The notes under the pieces were generated by a model. It saw nothing but the letters and a program-made list of their open reading frames with translations. It did not search any database and was not told the DNA's origin. Below, one piece after another: positions 8,891-19,018 of a stretch of 57,408 bases of DNA; position 1 is the first letter of the stretch; the number at the start of each line of letters is the position of its first letter. The DNA comes from Deltaproteobacteria bacterium (GTDB lineage: Bacteria; SAR324; NAC60-12): contig JAYOTF010000022.1 of NCBI GenBank assembly GCA_038150265.1, forward strand, positions 1-57,408, given 5' to 3'. Made by a program: the position numbers and the translations under genes.

Positions 8891-10176
8891 TCGTATTCAG
8901 ATACGCAAAGGAGTTCTCGGAAGGAAACCAATCCATCGCCTGCAACGCTATCTTCCTGGTCGAGGTCGTTCATGTTACTGACACCCGTTGCAATGTCACT
9001 GAGGGCCGCTTCATAGCTATAGGTGTAGCCTGCTGCAGACTTGAATACTTTCCGCAGGCTGACGATTGTTGGACCTCCAGAAGTAGACGGAGCCGAGATG
9101 CTGGAGTCAACGTTGGTCTGGATCTCCAGCAGCGGTACCAGGTTGCGTTGCTTGCCTCCGGTAATATCTGCAAGAGTAGTTGCGTTATCCGCTGAGTTTT
9201 TGGTCACGAAAAAAACCTTGTCGAACTCAGCTGTTGCGCCGCAGTCAGTACCGTTTTTCTTCTTGAGCCCGTTGTCAAGAGGCTCGGTCGATTCGAGCAG
9301 GTCCGTCCGGAACGAGCTGTCTGCCGCGACCCCCATCTCTGCAAAATCGCTGTTGAGGGATTCGGTTGCGGTGACAATACTGGTGGCTAGTCCCGTTGAC
9401 GCTGAAGCATTTAGGTACTGGGTGAGGTCCGTGACGTTGTCAACCTTCAGGAAGGCGATCACGCTGCTAGGCTGGGCGACCGGGCAGGCTCCGGTAATTG
9501 AGGATGGATTGGCAATATAATCTCCGTAGTCGAGACCAAATGCTTCGCAGGTACCGTTGCCCGTATTCTGGACATAACGCGTTCCATTGATCACCACCTC
9601 AAGAGTCGAATTATCGATGGAGAGAACCGGGATCGTAACGTTGTTCAGGCTTCCGGAGCCGGTAAAAGTATCGACTTCACTATTGTCGATGGTGCCATCT
9701 CGCGGTGACTGATCCAAGGTTCCGTAAACGGTGTAGAGGAGGTCAACCAAGTTGGCAAACATGGCGACCTCGCAGTCACCGTTGGCACAACTGCGACTCC
9801 CGGTTCGCTTCACGGAGTTGGTGGTGCAGCGGCTACTGGAGGTGATGTTGTCGGAGCCAACGAGACAAAGCGCATTAGTGATGTACTGGCGGTTGCCTGC
9901 CGTGTAGTCCGTTGCATTGTCCAGAGACTGGATATTCAGAGCCGTATTGAGGTTATCCGTGGCCCCGTCCTCAAGGAGGTTGCTCATGGAAATCTCGGCC
10001 TTCCCGAGATACGCGCTGGCTTTTTCGTAGTTGGTGCAGTCACCGGCAATGACGGCGTCAAAGTTGGAGTTGTCCAGGTCGACGCCGCAACCGGCAGCGG
10101 TCTCCTGAGACTCTCCACAGGCCGAGAGGAGCAGCGTCACTCCGGCCAAGAGAATGAAAAATAAGGAACGTTTCAT
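8887..10176 (-). CDS. hypothetical acidic Ser/Thr/Asn-rich lipoprotein
   Basis: LLSAC lipobox; 4-bp ATGA overlap with the downstream cytochrome gene; lower GC than its neighbours. Confidence 0.8.
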   Translation of the reverse strand: MKRSLFFILLAGVTLLLSACGESQETAAGCGVDLDNSNFDAVIAGDCTNYEKASAYLGKAEISMSNLLEDGATDNLNTALNIQSLDNATDYTAGNRQYITNALCLVGSDNITSSSRCTTNSVKRTGSRSCANGDCEVAMFANLVDLLYTVYGTLDQSPRDGTIDNSEVDTFTGSGSLNNVTIPVLSIDNSTLEVVINGTRYVQNTGNGTCEAFGLDYGDYIANPSSITGACPVAQPSSVIAFLKVDNVTDLTQYLNASASTGLATSIVTATESLNSDFAEMGVAADSSFRTDLLESTEPLDNGLKKKNGTDCGATAEFDKVFFVTKNSADNATTLADITGGKQRNLVPLLEIQTNVDSSISAPSTSGGPTIVSLRKVFKSAAGYTYSYEAALSDIATGVSNMNDLDQEDSVAGDGLVSFRELLCVSEYE

Positions 10177-10196
10177 AGAAGTACCAAACAGAGAGA

Positions 10197-11876
10197 TCAG
10201 GTTTCCGGTGCAGGAGTGGGTTCAGCGTCTTCTGAGGCGTCAGCAGGAAGAGGGGGCAACGCTTCAGCAACAGGCGCAATGACAGCATCGACCTGGTGCT
10301 GTGTCACGACATCCAGGGTCGCGAGGCTGCCCACCAGGGGTTCAACGTCTTCCGGGTACAGGGCATGGGCCGCGAGGAGCGCACTCAGGTAGCGGCGCTG
10401 CAGGTCCAGCCCCTCTGCGGCGTCCACCTGCTGCCGAAGCAACTCGAGCAACGGCATCGGAGAGGTCCCCTGCGCCTTCAGAGAAGGATAAACGTGGGCA
10501 ACGAGGCTCAGCTGCTGCAGGAGCGCCAGGCGCACCGTCTCCGGAGTCTCGGAAATTTCCAGATCCTGATGAAGCCGGTCGAGGGCCTGAAGCACCTGGT
10601 TGAGGACATTCGAGTCATCAAAGCGGTACCCTCGCTCCAGTGCCGGAAGCAGGATTTGCTGCACAACGGCACGCTTGATCATGGCATCATCATCGTAGCC
10701 GTCCAGTGGAAACGCGAGCAGGGTGGCAGCAGGAGCGTTTCCTCGCTGGCCAGTCTGTTGCTTGGTCAGTTGCTGCTGCAACACCGCGTCCCAGTGAGTC
10801 AGGAGGAAGATCGTCGGCTGAGTTTCCAGATCCGTCAGCATGCCTGAAGACGGAACCGGAGGCTGGTTGGCGGGGAAGCCGTAAAGCTGCAGGCGCTCCT
10901 GAGAGGCGCTGATCATCTGCCGGAGTTCAGACGGAATCTCTTCATCGAGCACCCACTGGTCCTGCACGATCTGATCAAAGGTCTCCTGGCGTGACGGGCT
11001 CAGGCCAAACCGGTGCGTCTCTCCAGCCAGCAACACCACCTGGGCACGGACCCAGAGTGGAAGGTCGTTGTTGCGCAGAAGGTCCTTCAACTGCTCCCAG
11101 ACCTGCTGCTTGAGGTCTTCGGAGTCCCCCTGCCATTCCTTTTTCTCTGCCGGCTCTTCGCTGGCCAGCATGTCTCCGGCACTTTCGCGGATGCTGTCGG
11201 AGCAGAGGCTGTCCGGACACTTGTCCATGGCCATGTTGCCCCACTGCTCAATGTCCTTGCGGATGCCTTCATCACAGATGTCCACAGGGCACCGCTCCAG
11301 AGTGGGAAGGGCGGTGAAGAAACGCTTCAGGCCCGAAGCGGCTTCGGTTTGTAGCGCCACGTCCCACTCGGGAAGCGACTCCACAAGGTACTCAATCGCC
11401 TCCACCCGCTGGTCCACCTCCACCCCAAAGCGCATGGGCTGGTCGTCCACCAACTCCTGAAACCCCAGCTCGCCGGTGGTGACGTCAAAGACGCCGTTGA
11501 GGGCCGCTCGTTTCAGGTGGGCGGGCCATTCCGGAGATTCCAGAATATCGGTGATGCGGGAGAGGCTTCGCTCCCGGACGTCACCATCGTCACTGCCAAA
11601 TGCCATGAAGGCGAGGGCACGGACGGCGATCTCGCGTTTGCCGACATCGTCCATGTACTTGGAGATCCAGCGGGCCTCCTTGAGGGCGCTGACTTTTTGC
11701 TGAACGGAGCCATCGTAGGCCTCATACTTCAGCAGTTCCATTTGGGCCTGAAGCTCCTCGTAGCTGGAGCTTTGTTCAAAGGACAGGTACGTCAGGCGTC
11801 CCTGAGTGGTGCAACCGGCCAGCACGAGCAGGACGGTAGCGATGAAGGTCAGTTGGTTCATCAGGCGTCTCGTCAT
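10197..11876 (-). CDS. hypothetical alpha-helical lipoprotein
   Basis: VLAGC lipobox after ATG 11876 (alternative ATG 11861); long ORF inside the operon. Confidence 0.75.
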   Translation of the reverse strand: MTRRLMNQLTFIATVLLVLAGCTTQGRLTYLSFEQSSSYEELQAQMELLKYEAYDGSVQQKVSALKEARWISKYMDDVGKREIAVRALAFMAFGSDDGDVRERSLSRITDILESPEWPAHLKRAALNGVFDVTTGELGFQELVDDQPMRFGVEVDQRVEAIEYLVESLPEWDVALQTEAASGLKRFFTALPTLERCPVDICDEGIRKDIEQWGNMAMDKCPDSLCSDSIRESAGDMLASEEPAEKKEWQGDSEDLKQQVWEQLKDLLRNNDLPLWVRAQVVLLAGETHRFGLSPSRQETFDQIVQDQWVLDEEIPSELRQMISASQERLQLYGFPANQPPVPSSGMLTDLETQPTIFLLTHWDAVLQQQLTKQQTGQRGNAPAATLLAFPLDGYDDDAMIKRAVVQQILLPALERGYRFDDSNVLNQVLQALDRLHQDLEISETPETVRLALLQQLSLVAHVYPSLKAQGTSPMPLLELLRQQVDAAEGLDLQRRYLSALLAAHALYPEDVEPLVGSLATLDVVTQHQVDAVIAPVAEALPPLPADASEDAEPTPAPET

Positions 11877-11880
11877 GTGG

Positions 11881-12999
11881 TCAGAACAGGAATCCGGCTT
11901 GGAAGGCCCAGCGTTTGTCTTCTTTTTCACCAGCATAGCTGCCGATCTCTTCCGAATATTGTGCAAAATCGAGCTTCAGTTTCCAGAGGTTCAGAGACAG
12001 GCCCCAGCTGCTGTAGGGACCGTTTCGTCCCAGCCGGAAGGAAACCAGGTGGTGTCCGTTGTTGAGCTTCTCCCATCCGATCTCGGCGCCCAGCTTCAGG
12101 TTCCGCTGAGTGAGGAAGGAGTCACTCAACTCCTGAGCGCCCAGGAGGTCGAGGTAATCGGCAGCCAGCAGGAAGTCAAAGCCCTGAAACTCCGACTCGG
12201 TAGCAATGCCGGTGTTGATCGTCATGGGCACCTCACCGGCATTTCCAAAGTTCAGGCCTCCGATGTTCTGCAGGCTGATGGCGACTTTGGGGGAGAGGTT
12301 GTGAAACTCCTCCAGGTGATAGGTTGCACCCAGATCCGGAGCAAAGCTGAGCTTGTTGTCGCCAATGGCTTCAATCTCTTTTTGGGCCTGGTCCGTGTCA
12401 TCGTTGAGGGTGGCAATCACCGCAGGATCCGAGAGGCGGAAGTCCTGATTGTACACCCCAACCCGCTGGACGAGCTTTCCGCCCACCCCGACATCAAGCT
12501 GGTGGTCCATGAAGCTAAAGCCCACGGCGCCCGCCAGTCCCCCCTGAACATAGGCGGTGCCATGCAGGTACGGGAACACAGGGTTCCGGATCTGGAAGTC
12601 AAACAGGGTGTTGCTGAAAAGCGCCCACCCGAACCGCGAATTCACAAACGAAGGCAGGTTGAGCCCGGCTTCAACGTGGATGTTCTTCCCGGTGATTTCC
12701 GCCAGGTTTTCCACCTTGGTGTTATCCGCGTCCACACTTCCTTCCAACCCCCCGGATGAAACGTTGCTAGCGACCTGGACGGAGGTCAACTCAAAGATAT
12801 TGTACATCACCGAGCGCAAGCCGGCCGGGTTGTAAAACAGCACCGACTCGTCATTGGCCGCGGCCGTAAACGCGTTTCCCATGCCACGGGCACGGATGCT
12901 TTCTTTAACGAAAGCTGCTTCTTTTGCCGAAGCCGCCGTTGCTCCAACGAGCACGAGAAGTCCGCTACAGAGGAGCTTCCGGATCGGATTCCAAGTCAT
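11881..12999 (-). CDS. outer-membrane beta-barrel protein (TraF-like/PorV/FadL-like)
   Basis: Signal peptide; RARGMGNAFTAAAND...FYNPAGL plug motif; amphipathic strands; terminal Phe (AGFLF). Confidence 0.8.
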   Translation of the reverse strand: MTWNPIRKLLCSGLLVLVGATAASAKEAAFVKESIRARGMGNAFTAAANDESVLFYNPAGLRSVMYNIFELTSVQVASNVSSGGLEGSVDADNTKVENLAEITGKNIHVEAGLNLPSFVNSRFGWALFSNTLFDFQIRNPVFPYLHGTAYVQGGLAGAVGFSFMDHQLDVGVGGKLVQRVGVYNQDFRLSDPAVIATLNDDTDQAQKEIEAIGDNKLSFAPDLGATYHLEEFHNLSPKVAISLQNIGGLNFGNAGEVPMTINTGIATESEFQGFDFLLAADYLDLLGAQELSDSFLTQRNLKLGAEIGWEKLNNGHHLVSFRLGRNGPYSSWGLSLNLWKLKLDFAQYSEEIGSYAGEKEDKRWAFQAGFLF

Positions 13000-13020
13000 T
13001 CGAAAGGGGTCGGGAAAGGG

Positions 13021-13260
13021 TTAGGAGGGCTTTTGTGAGAAGAAGAGGTCCTGAGAAAACTGGATCAGGCGCTGCTGGATCTGTTCATGCGACTCTTCCG
13101 GATACTGATCCTGAAAAATCGTGAACCCCAACATGTTCCAGGCCACGAGGCCTTCTTCCAGATCCAGTCCGTTTTCATCCATCAGATGCAGAAAATCCCG
13201 AACCGTTTGCTCGACCCGGATGCGTCGTTTGAACTCGTCAAGAGGGGCTGAATCGCTCAT
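13021..13260 (-). CDS. hypothetical 79-aa protein
   Basis: ATG with AGGA upstream, protein-like composition, co-oriented with the barrel operon. Confidence 0.65.
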   Translation of the reverse strand: MSDSAPLDEFKRRIRVEQTVRDFLHLMDENGLDLEEGLVAWNMLGFTIFQDQYPEESHEQIQQRLIQFSQDLFFSQKPS

Positions 13261-13270
13261 AAAAATCCTG

Positions 13271-13303
13271 AAAAAACGGAGGTGACCCCGAAAGTCACCT
13301 CCG
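13271..13303 (-). terminator. Rho-independent terminator after trpB2
   Basis: Minus strand: CGGAGGTGAC-TTTCGGG-GTCACCTCCG followed by TTTTTT. Confidence 0.85.
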
Positions 13304-13310
13304 GAGGGGG

Positions 13311-14675
13311 TTAGGCAGCGACGGAGGGCAGACCCGCCAAAGCCATGGCCAGTTCCTGCTCATCGTAGTTGCGGTCTTCAAGCTTACCGGCAAAGTAGTC
13401 CGTGTACGCCTGCATGTCGAAGTGGCCGTGGCCACAGAGGTTGAAGAGGATCGCCCGGGAGGTTCCTTCTTCCTTGCAGCGCAACGCCTCATCAATGGCG
13501 CCCTTAACCGCATGGTTGGCTTCCGGAGCCGGAAGGATGCCCTCGGTGCGTCCGAACAGCACCCCGGCCTCAAAGCAGGCATTCTGATGATACGCAACCG
13601 CGTCCAGCAGCCCCAGCTCCTTGATGTGACTGATCATGGGCGCCATGCCGTGGTAACGGAGCCCGCCGGCGTGGAAGCCTGGAGGGACAAAGGTGGAGCC
13701 CAGGGTGTGCATCTTGACCATGGGCGCAAGGTGCACGGTGTCTCCAAAGTCGTAGGCGTACTTGCCCCGGGTGAGGCTGGGGCAGGCGGCAGGCTCAACG
13801 GCCAGGACCTTGACGGCCTTGCCGCCCCGGAGCTGCTCACCCAGGAACGGGAAAACAAGCCCCGCAAAGTTGGAACCGCCTCCGGTGCAACCGACCACAA
13901 TGTCGGGGTAATCGTCGGCCATTTCCATTTGCTGGATGGCCTCAATGCCGGTCACGGTTTGGTGCAGGAGCACGTGGTTGAGCACACTCCCCAGCGCATA
14001 CTTGGTGTCTTCATTGAGGGCCGCAACCTCGACCGCTTCTGAAATCGCAATGCCGAGGCTGCCGGTCGAGTCGGGGTTCTTCTCCAAGATCGCCCGACCC
14101 GCCTGCGTCTTTTCCGAAGGAGACGGGGTGCAACGGGCGCCAAAGGCTTCCATCATGGCCTTGCGGTAGGGCTTCTGCTGGAAGCTCACCTTGACCATGA
14201 AGACCTCGATGTCAATGCCAAACACGCCTCCGGCAAATGCGAGGGACGACCCCCACTGCCCGGCACCTGTTTCGGTAGAGATCTTCTTCACCCCCGCCTG
14301 CTGATTGTAGAAGGCCTGAGGCACAGCGGTGTTGGGCTTGTGGCTGCCGGTTGGGCTGACGCCTTCGTACTTGTAATAAATGCGGGCGGGGGTGTCGAGC
14401 GCCTGCTCCAGCCGCCGAGCCCGGTACAGCGGAGACGGGCGCCACTGACGGTACACGTCCCGAACCGGTTCCGGAATCTCAATCTCTCGCTCGGTGCTGA
14501 CTTCCTGAAGGATCAGGTCCATCGGAAACAGCGGAGCCAGGTCGTCCGGACCAATCGGCTGCTGCGTTCCGGGGTGCAGCGGCGGTGGCGGCAGCGACGG
14601 CAGGTCGGCAGCGAGGTTGTACCAGGACTTCGGCATCTGCTCCTCAGAGAGCAGATATTTGACGGGCTCGTTCAT
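13311..14675 (-). CDS. trpB2: TrpB-like PLP enzyme (stand-alone tryptophan synthase beta chain 2)
   Basis: [12 protein letters not shown] lysine, [31 protein letters not shown]. Confidence 0.95.
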   Translation of the reverse strand: MNEPVKYLLSEEQMPKSWYNLAADLPSLPPPPLHPGTQQPIGPDDLAPLFPMDLILQEVSTEREIEIPEPVRDVYRQWRPSPLYRARRLEQALDTPARIYYKYEGVSPTGSHKPNTAVPQAFYNQQAGVKKISTETGAGQWGSSLAFAGGVFGIDIEVFMVKVSFQQKPYRKAMMEAFGARCTPSPSEKTQAGRAILEKNPDSTGSLGIAISEAVEVAALNEDTKYALGSVLNHVLLHQTVTGIEAIQQMEMADDYPDIVVGCTGGGSNFAGLVFPFLGEQLRGGKAVKVLAVEPAACPSLTRGKYAYDFGDTVHLAPMVKMHTLGSTFVPPGFHAGGLRYHGMAPMISHIKELGLLDAVAYHQNACFEAGVLFGRTEGILPAPEANHAVKGAIDEALRCKEEGTSRAILFNLCGHGHFDMQAYTDYFAGKLEDRNYDEQELAMALAGLPSVAA

Positions 14676-14713
14676 GTGAATCTCCAGTTAGTCAAAAAGA
14701 GGGAGTGCGCTTC

Positions 14714-15712
14714 TCAGAGCAGGCTGACAACGACTCGTCCCCGCTGCTGCCCCTTGAGGATCTTGTCGATCTCGGGAAACAGCGTGTCCAGGGTGCACTC
14801 CACGGTCAGGGCCTCCAGCTGCGTCAGCTTCCAGTCAGACGCAAGGCGCCCCCAGATCTCTTGCCGTAGCGGCATGGGCGTCTCCTGCGAGTCCACTCCC
14901 AGCAAGGAAACGCCCCGAAGGATAAACGGGAACACCGAGGTTGGCAAGTCCGGGGAGCCCACGAGTCCGGTGGCAGCCACGGCGCCTCCGCGTTGGGTGC
15001 CCTTGAGGAGGGTGGCCAGCGTGTTGCCACCAACGGTGTCCACGGCGCCTGCCCAGCGTTCCTTGAGGAGCGGGCGTCCGGAGTCATCATCGGCCTCCTC
15101 GCGGGAAATCAGCCCACTGGCGCCCAGCTGCTTGAGGAAGGCTTCTTCCTGCGGTTTGCCGGTGGCGGCGATCACGGAAAAACCGGCCTGGGCCAACAGA
15201 GCCACCGAGACGCTGCCCACGCCGCCGGTGGAGCCCGTCACCACGGCCTCCCCCTGGTCGGCCGTCACCCCATTTTGCTCCAGCAGGTGCACCGACAAGG
15301 CGGCCGTGTAGCCGGCGGTTCCATACACCATGGCCTCCTTGAGGCTCAGGCCACTCGGGAGCGGGACCACCCATGCTGCAGGAACCCGGATGTATTCGCT
15401 GAAGCCTCCGGAGGTGTTCATGCCCAGGTCGTAGCTGGTGACAATGACCTCGTCGCCCTCCTTGAAGGCGTCACTTGTGCTCGCCGCCACGACTCCGGAC
15501 GCATCAATGCCAGGCGTGTGGGGGTACTTGCGCGTGACCCCCCGGTTGCCAATCGACGACAGCCCGTCCTTGTAGTTGAGGGACGAGTAATGCACCCGGA
15601 CGAGGACCTCTCCTTCTGGGAGGTCGCCCAGCGAGCGTTCCACGATCTCCCGTGTAAAGGTTTTGTCTTCATTTTCAGTAACAAGCATGGCTCGGAAGGT
15701 CGTGTCCGTCAT
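14714..15712 (-). CDS. YhdH/AcuI family quinone oxidoreductase (acryloyl-CoA reductase-like)
   Basis: YSSLNYKD, PGIDASG, GTAGYTA, TGSTGGVG, PFILRGVSLLGVDS. Confidence 0.92.
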   Translation of the reverse strand: MTDTTFRAMLVTENEDKTFTREIVERSLGDLPEGEVLVRVHYSSLNYKDGLSSIGNRGVTRKYPHTPGIDASGVVAASTSDAFKEGDEVIVTSYDLGMNTSGGFSEYIRVPAAWVVPLPSGLSLKEAMVYGTAGYTAALSVHLLEQNGVTADQGEAVVTGSTGGVGSVSVALLAQAGFSVIAATGKPQEEAFLKQLGASGLISREEADDDSGRPLLKERWAGAVDTVGGNTLATLLKGTQRGGAVAATGLVGSPDLPTSVFPFILRGVSLLGVDSQETPMPLRQEIWGRLASDWKLTQLEALTVECTLDTLFPEIDKILKGQQRGRVVVSLL

Positions 15713-15772
15713 TTGAGCAACTCCGTTGAGGTTGAGGGGGAATGAAGGAAGTGGGGCAATGAGGTGCTGCGC

Positions 15773-16111
15773 TTAGCGGGCGTGGTGGTGAGGAAATTCA
15801 ACCAGGTCGGCGAGGGCCTCCAGGTCTTCTTCGTCACAGGAGCGCATCTCGGTTTCGTCTTCGCTGAGGTGGAAGAGGAGCATGGGCCCAAAGCAGTCCA
15901 CGCCATTGAAGCGCCAGGGCGTCTGACGTTCCTGCTGCTCGCCTTCACCGTCGATGTAGCCGTGCAGGGATCCGCTGATCTGGACCACGTCCGTGGCTTC
16001 GCACCGGAGCAGCTCACACAGCTCATCCAGGTCCAGGGTGGCCTCAATGAGGTCAATGGCGGGTTCATCCGGATCAATCAGGATCCAGTTGCCGTGCTGC
16101 AGAAAACTCAT
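15773..16111 (-). CDS. hypothetical acidic protein
   Basis: 112-aa ORF with protein-like composition filling the gap. Possibly DUF3846-like (GYIDGEG); not verified. Confidence 0.6.
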   Translation of the reverse strand: MSFLQHGNWILIDPDEPAIDLIEATLDLDELCELLRCEATDVVQISGSLHGYIDGEGEQQERQTPWRFNGVDCFGPMLLFHLSEDETEMRSCDEEDLEALADLVEFPHHHAR

Positions 16112-16167
16112 GTTCTGACTTTCAGATGAAGCACAGGAACTCTACGATGCTGCGTGAAAGGAGATGC

Positions 16168-16626
16168 ATGCCGAAAGAATCAATTACCATCTACACCGAC
16201 GGAGCCTGCTCCCCCAATCCGGGAAAGGGCGGCTGGGGCGCCGTCTTGCTCGCTCCAGAGCGTGGGTTGCGCAAAGAGCTTTCCGGAGCCGAGCCCGACT
16301 CCACCAACAACCGCATGGAACTCATGGCAGCCATTGAGGGCCTCCGGGCGTTGCGCAAGCCCTGCCGCGTGACCGTGTACACCGACTCCCAGTACCTCCG
16401 GAACGCCTTTGAGCAGCGCTGGCTGAAGGGCTGGCAGCAGAAGAACTGGAAGACGGCCTCCGGAAAAGCTGTGGCCAATCAGGACCTGTGGAGGCTCCTC
16501 CTCGACCTGACCCAGCACCATGAGGTGACCTGGAAGTGGGTCAAGGCGCACGACGGCAACCCGGAAAACGAGCGGGCCGATGCCCTGGCGGTGGCCGCCC
16601 GGAAGTCCCTCAACGGCGCGGCCTGA
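16168..16626 (+). CDS. rnhA: ribonuclease HI
   Basis: IYTDGAC.PNPG.GGWG, TNNRMEL, TDSQY, WVKAH, NERAD; AAGGAG RBS. Confidence 0.97.
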   Translation: MPKESITIYTDGACSPNPGKGGWGAVLLAPERGLRKELSGAEPDSTNNRMELMAAIEGLRALRKPCRVTVYTDSQYLRNAFEQRWLKGWQQKNWKTASGKAVANQDLWRLLLDLTQHHEVTWKWVKAHDGNPENERADALAVAARKSLNGAA

Positions 16627-16627
16627 C

Positions 16628-17152
16628 CTAGAGGCGCTCCCGAATGAGCCTGATCATCGTCTGGATTTGCGCCTCGCTCAACTGACCATCCACGCTGAAA
16701 AGCACGGAGCCGTCTCGGTCCAACACCAGCACGTCATTACTGTCGTCTGCCAACCCCCATTCTTCCACCAGCACCTTCTGCAGGTCCCGGACGTAAGTCG
16801 TGTTCGGGTACTCCTCCTGCTTGCTTTCCAGCTTCATCTGGATCACCGCATTCGGTAGCCACGTTGCAGCCATGTTCACAATGGCAACGGAACCGTATTG
16901 GCTGCGGTCGAAGTTTTCGGCGCTCAGGGCTTCCGAAGCCGCGTTGTTGAGGTCGCTCTCGTCCGGGTCCGCGTAAAACAGCACATGCACCTTCCCCCTC
17001 AACTCGTCGCTGCTCCATGGGCCGCCGGTGACGCGTCCTCCTGCTTCTCCATCCAGGACCACCCGCGGGGGAACCGGTCCCACCGGCAGCTCCGCGTGGG
17101 CGACAAGGGGCAAACTCAGTAGCAGCAGACCGAGCCATCCGTGATGCTTCAT
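16628..17152 (-). CDS. YtfJ family exported protein
   Basis: Signal peptide; [24 protein letters not shown]. Confidence 0.75.
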   Translation of the reverse strand: MKHHGWLGLLLLSLPLVAHAELPVGPVPPRVVLDGEAGGRVTGGPWSSDELRGKVHVLFYADPDESDLNNAASEALSAENFDRSQYGSVAIVNMAATWLPNAVIQMKLESKQEEYPNTTYVRDLQKVLVEEWGLADDSNDVLVLDRDGSVLFSVDGQLSEAQIQTMIRLIRERL

Positions 17153-17382
17153 GTTCCTCCACAGGTAAAGGTGAGCCCAAATCAGCCTGTCATTACGCCA
17201 AAGATCGGCTCGATCCGCCAGCGGTTTTTTGTGCGCGGTCCGGGATCTCCGGCGCTCAAGGCGGCTTCAGCTTTATTTTTCTGCCGGAGTCTCATAAGGT
17301 TTCTGCACTTTCGCCTCCGGATTTTCGGTTGGACCCCACCCGGGCTTCCAGCCCCAACCCTCTTAATTGGACAGGAGAGATA

Positions 17383-18978
17383 ATGACTGAGGGAATTCAG
17401 ATCACCGGAACCATGCACCCCGGTTTTGAGACCATTCTGACTTCGGAGGCTCAGGCCTTTCTGGTGATGCTGCATCGCAAGTTCAACACGCGGCGCAAGG
17501 AGCTGCTTGCCCGACGCCAGCAGATTCAGCAGGCCATCCGTAACGGCCAGTACCCCACCTTTTTGGAAGAGACCCGCTCCGTCCGCGAAGACGACTGGCA
17601 GGTGGCGCCGATTCCGGAAGACCTTCAGGACCGACGTTGCGAAATCACCGGACCTGTTGATGCCAAGATGATGATCAATGCCCTCAACTCCGGGGCCAAG
17701 GTCTTCATGGCCGACCTCGAAGACTCAAACACGCCGAACTGGTACAACCAGATTCAGGGACAGCTGAACCTCATTGCCGGACACGAACGGACCCTGAGCT
17801 TTGACAGTCCGGAAGGCAAGGCCTACCGCCTCAAGGAAGAGGGGCTGGCGGTGCTGGTGGTGCGCCCCCGGGGCTGGCACCTTGAAGAAAAGCACATCCT
17901 GATTGATGGCGAAGTGGCCTCGGGCTCCCTGGTTGATGCGGGCCTCTACCTCTTCCACAATGCCCAACGGACCCTCGGTAAGGGCACCGGCCCCTACTTC
18001 TACCTCCCGAAGATGGAGAATCACCTGGAGGCTCGCCTCTGGAACGACGTCTTTGTGGCGGCGCAAGAGGCCCTGGGTGTGCCACAGGGCTCGGTGAAGG
18101 CGACTGTGCTGATTGAGACAATTTTGGCACCGTTTGAGATGGAAGAGATCATTTACGAACTCCGCGAGCACATGGCCGGCCTCAATGCCGGGCGCTGGGA
18201 CTACATGTTCAGCACCATCAAGAAGTTCAGCGAGGATCCGGACTTCCTCTGGCCCGACCGGGCGCAGGTCACCATGACGGCCCCGCTCATGCGAGCCTAC
18301 ACGGAGCTGCTGGTCCGCTCCTGTCACAAGCATGGCGCCCACGCGATTGGGGGCATGGCCGCCTTCATTCCAAGCCGCCGCGATGAAGACGTCAACCGGG
18401 TCGCGCTCGCCAAGGTTCGCGAAGACAAGCAACGCGAGGCCGGAGACGGCTTTGATGGCTCCTGGGTGGCTCATCCGGACCTGGTCCCGGTGTGTACCGA
18501 GGTCTTCTCGGCCGCGTTTGAGCCGGGACGCGTCAACCAGAAGCAGCGGATGCGTGAAGACGTGCAGGTGACTCCGGAGATGCTGCTCGACTTCAAGATC
18601 CCGGGGGGCCAGATCACGGAGGCTGGGGTCCGGAACAACATCAGCGTTGGCATCCAGTACATTGAGGCGTGGCTCAAGGGCAACGGCGCCGTGGCGATCT
18701 TCAACCTCATGGAAGATGCGGCGACCGCCGAGATCTCCCGAGCCCAACTGTGGCAATGGATCCGGCACCCGGAAGGGAAGCTGGACGACGGCCGCAAGGT
18801 GACCGTTGAAATGGTCCGCTCCATGATTCCGGAAGAGCTGGCCAAGATTCAGGCGGCGTATGGCGAAAGCTACGATGAGGCGTCCTTCCAAAATGCGGCG
18901 CAGTTGCTGGACGATTTGGCAACCGCTGAAGCCTTTGAGGACTTCCTGACCCTCAAGGCCTACGCGCAGCTGGACTGA
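17383..18978 (+). CDS. aceB: malate synthase A
   Basis: [55 protein letters not shown]. Confidence 0.97.
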   Translation: MTEGIQITGTMHPGFETILTSEAQAFLVMLHRKFNTRRKELLARRQQIQQAIRNGQYPTFLEETRSVREDDWQVAPIPEDLQDRRCEITGPVDAKMMINALNSGAKVFMADLEDSNTPNWYNQIQGQLNLIAGHERTLSFDSPEGKAYRLKEEGLAVLVVRPRGWHLEEKHILIDGEVASGSLVDAGLYLFHNAQRTLGKGTGPYFYLPKMENHLEARLWNDVFVAAQEALGVPQGSVKATVLIETILAPFEMEEIIYELREHMAGLNAGRWDYMFSTIKKFSEDPDFLWPDRAQVTMTAPLMRAYTELLVRSCHKHGAHAIGGMAAFIPSRRDEDVNRVALAKVREDKQREAGDGFDGSWVAHPDLVPVCTEVFSAAFEPGRVNQKQRMREDVQVTPEMLLDFKIPGGQITEAGVRNNISVGIQYIEAWLKGNGAVAIFNLMEDAATAEISRAQLWQWIRHPEGKLDDGRKVTVEMVRSMIPEELAKIQAAYGESYDEASFQNAAQLLDDLATAEAFEDFLTLKAYAQLD

Positions 18979-19018
18979 CGGCGATGGGGGGAGGCGCTCC
19001 CCCCTGGGAAGCTCTCTT

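Noticed and set aside
14714..18978. DMSP/acrylate catabolic cluster (AcuI-like plus malate synthase)
   Set aside because: The genes are in different transcription units among housekeeping genes, with no ddd or dmd genes nearby.
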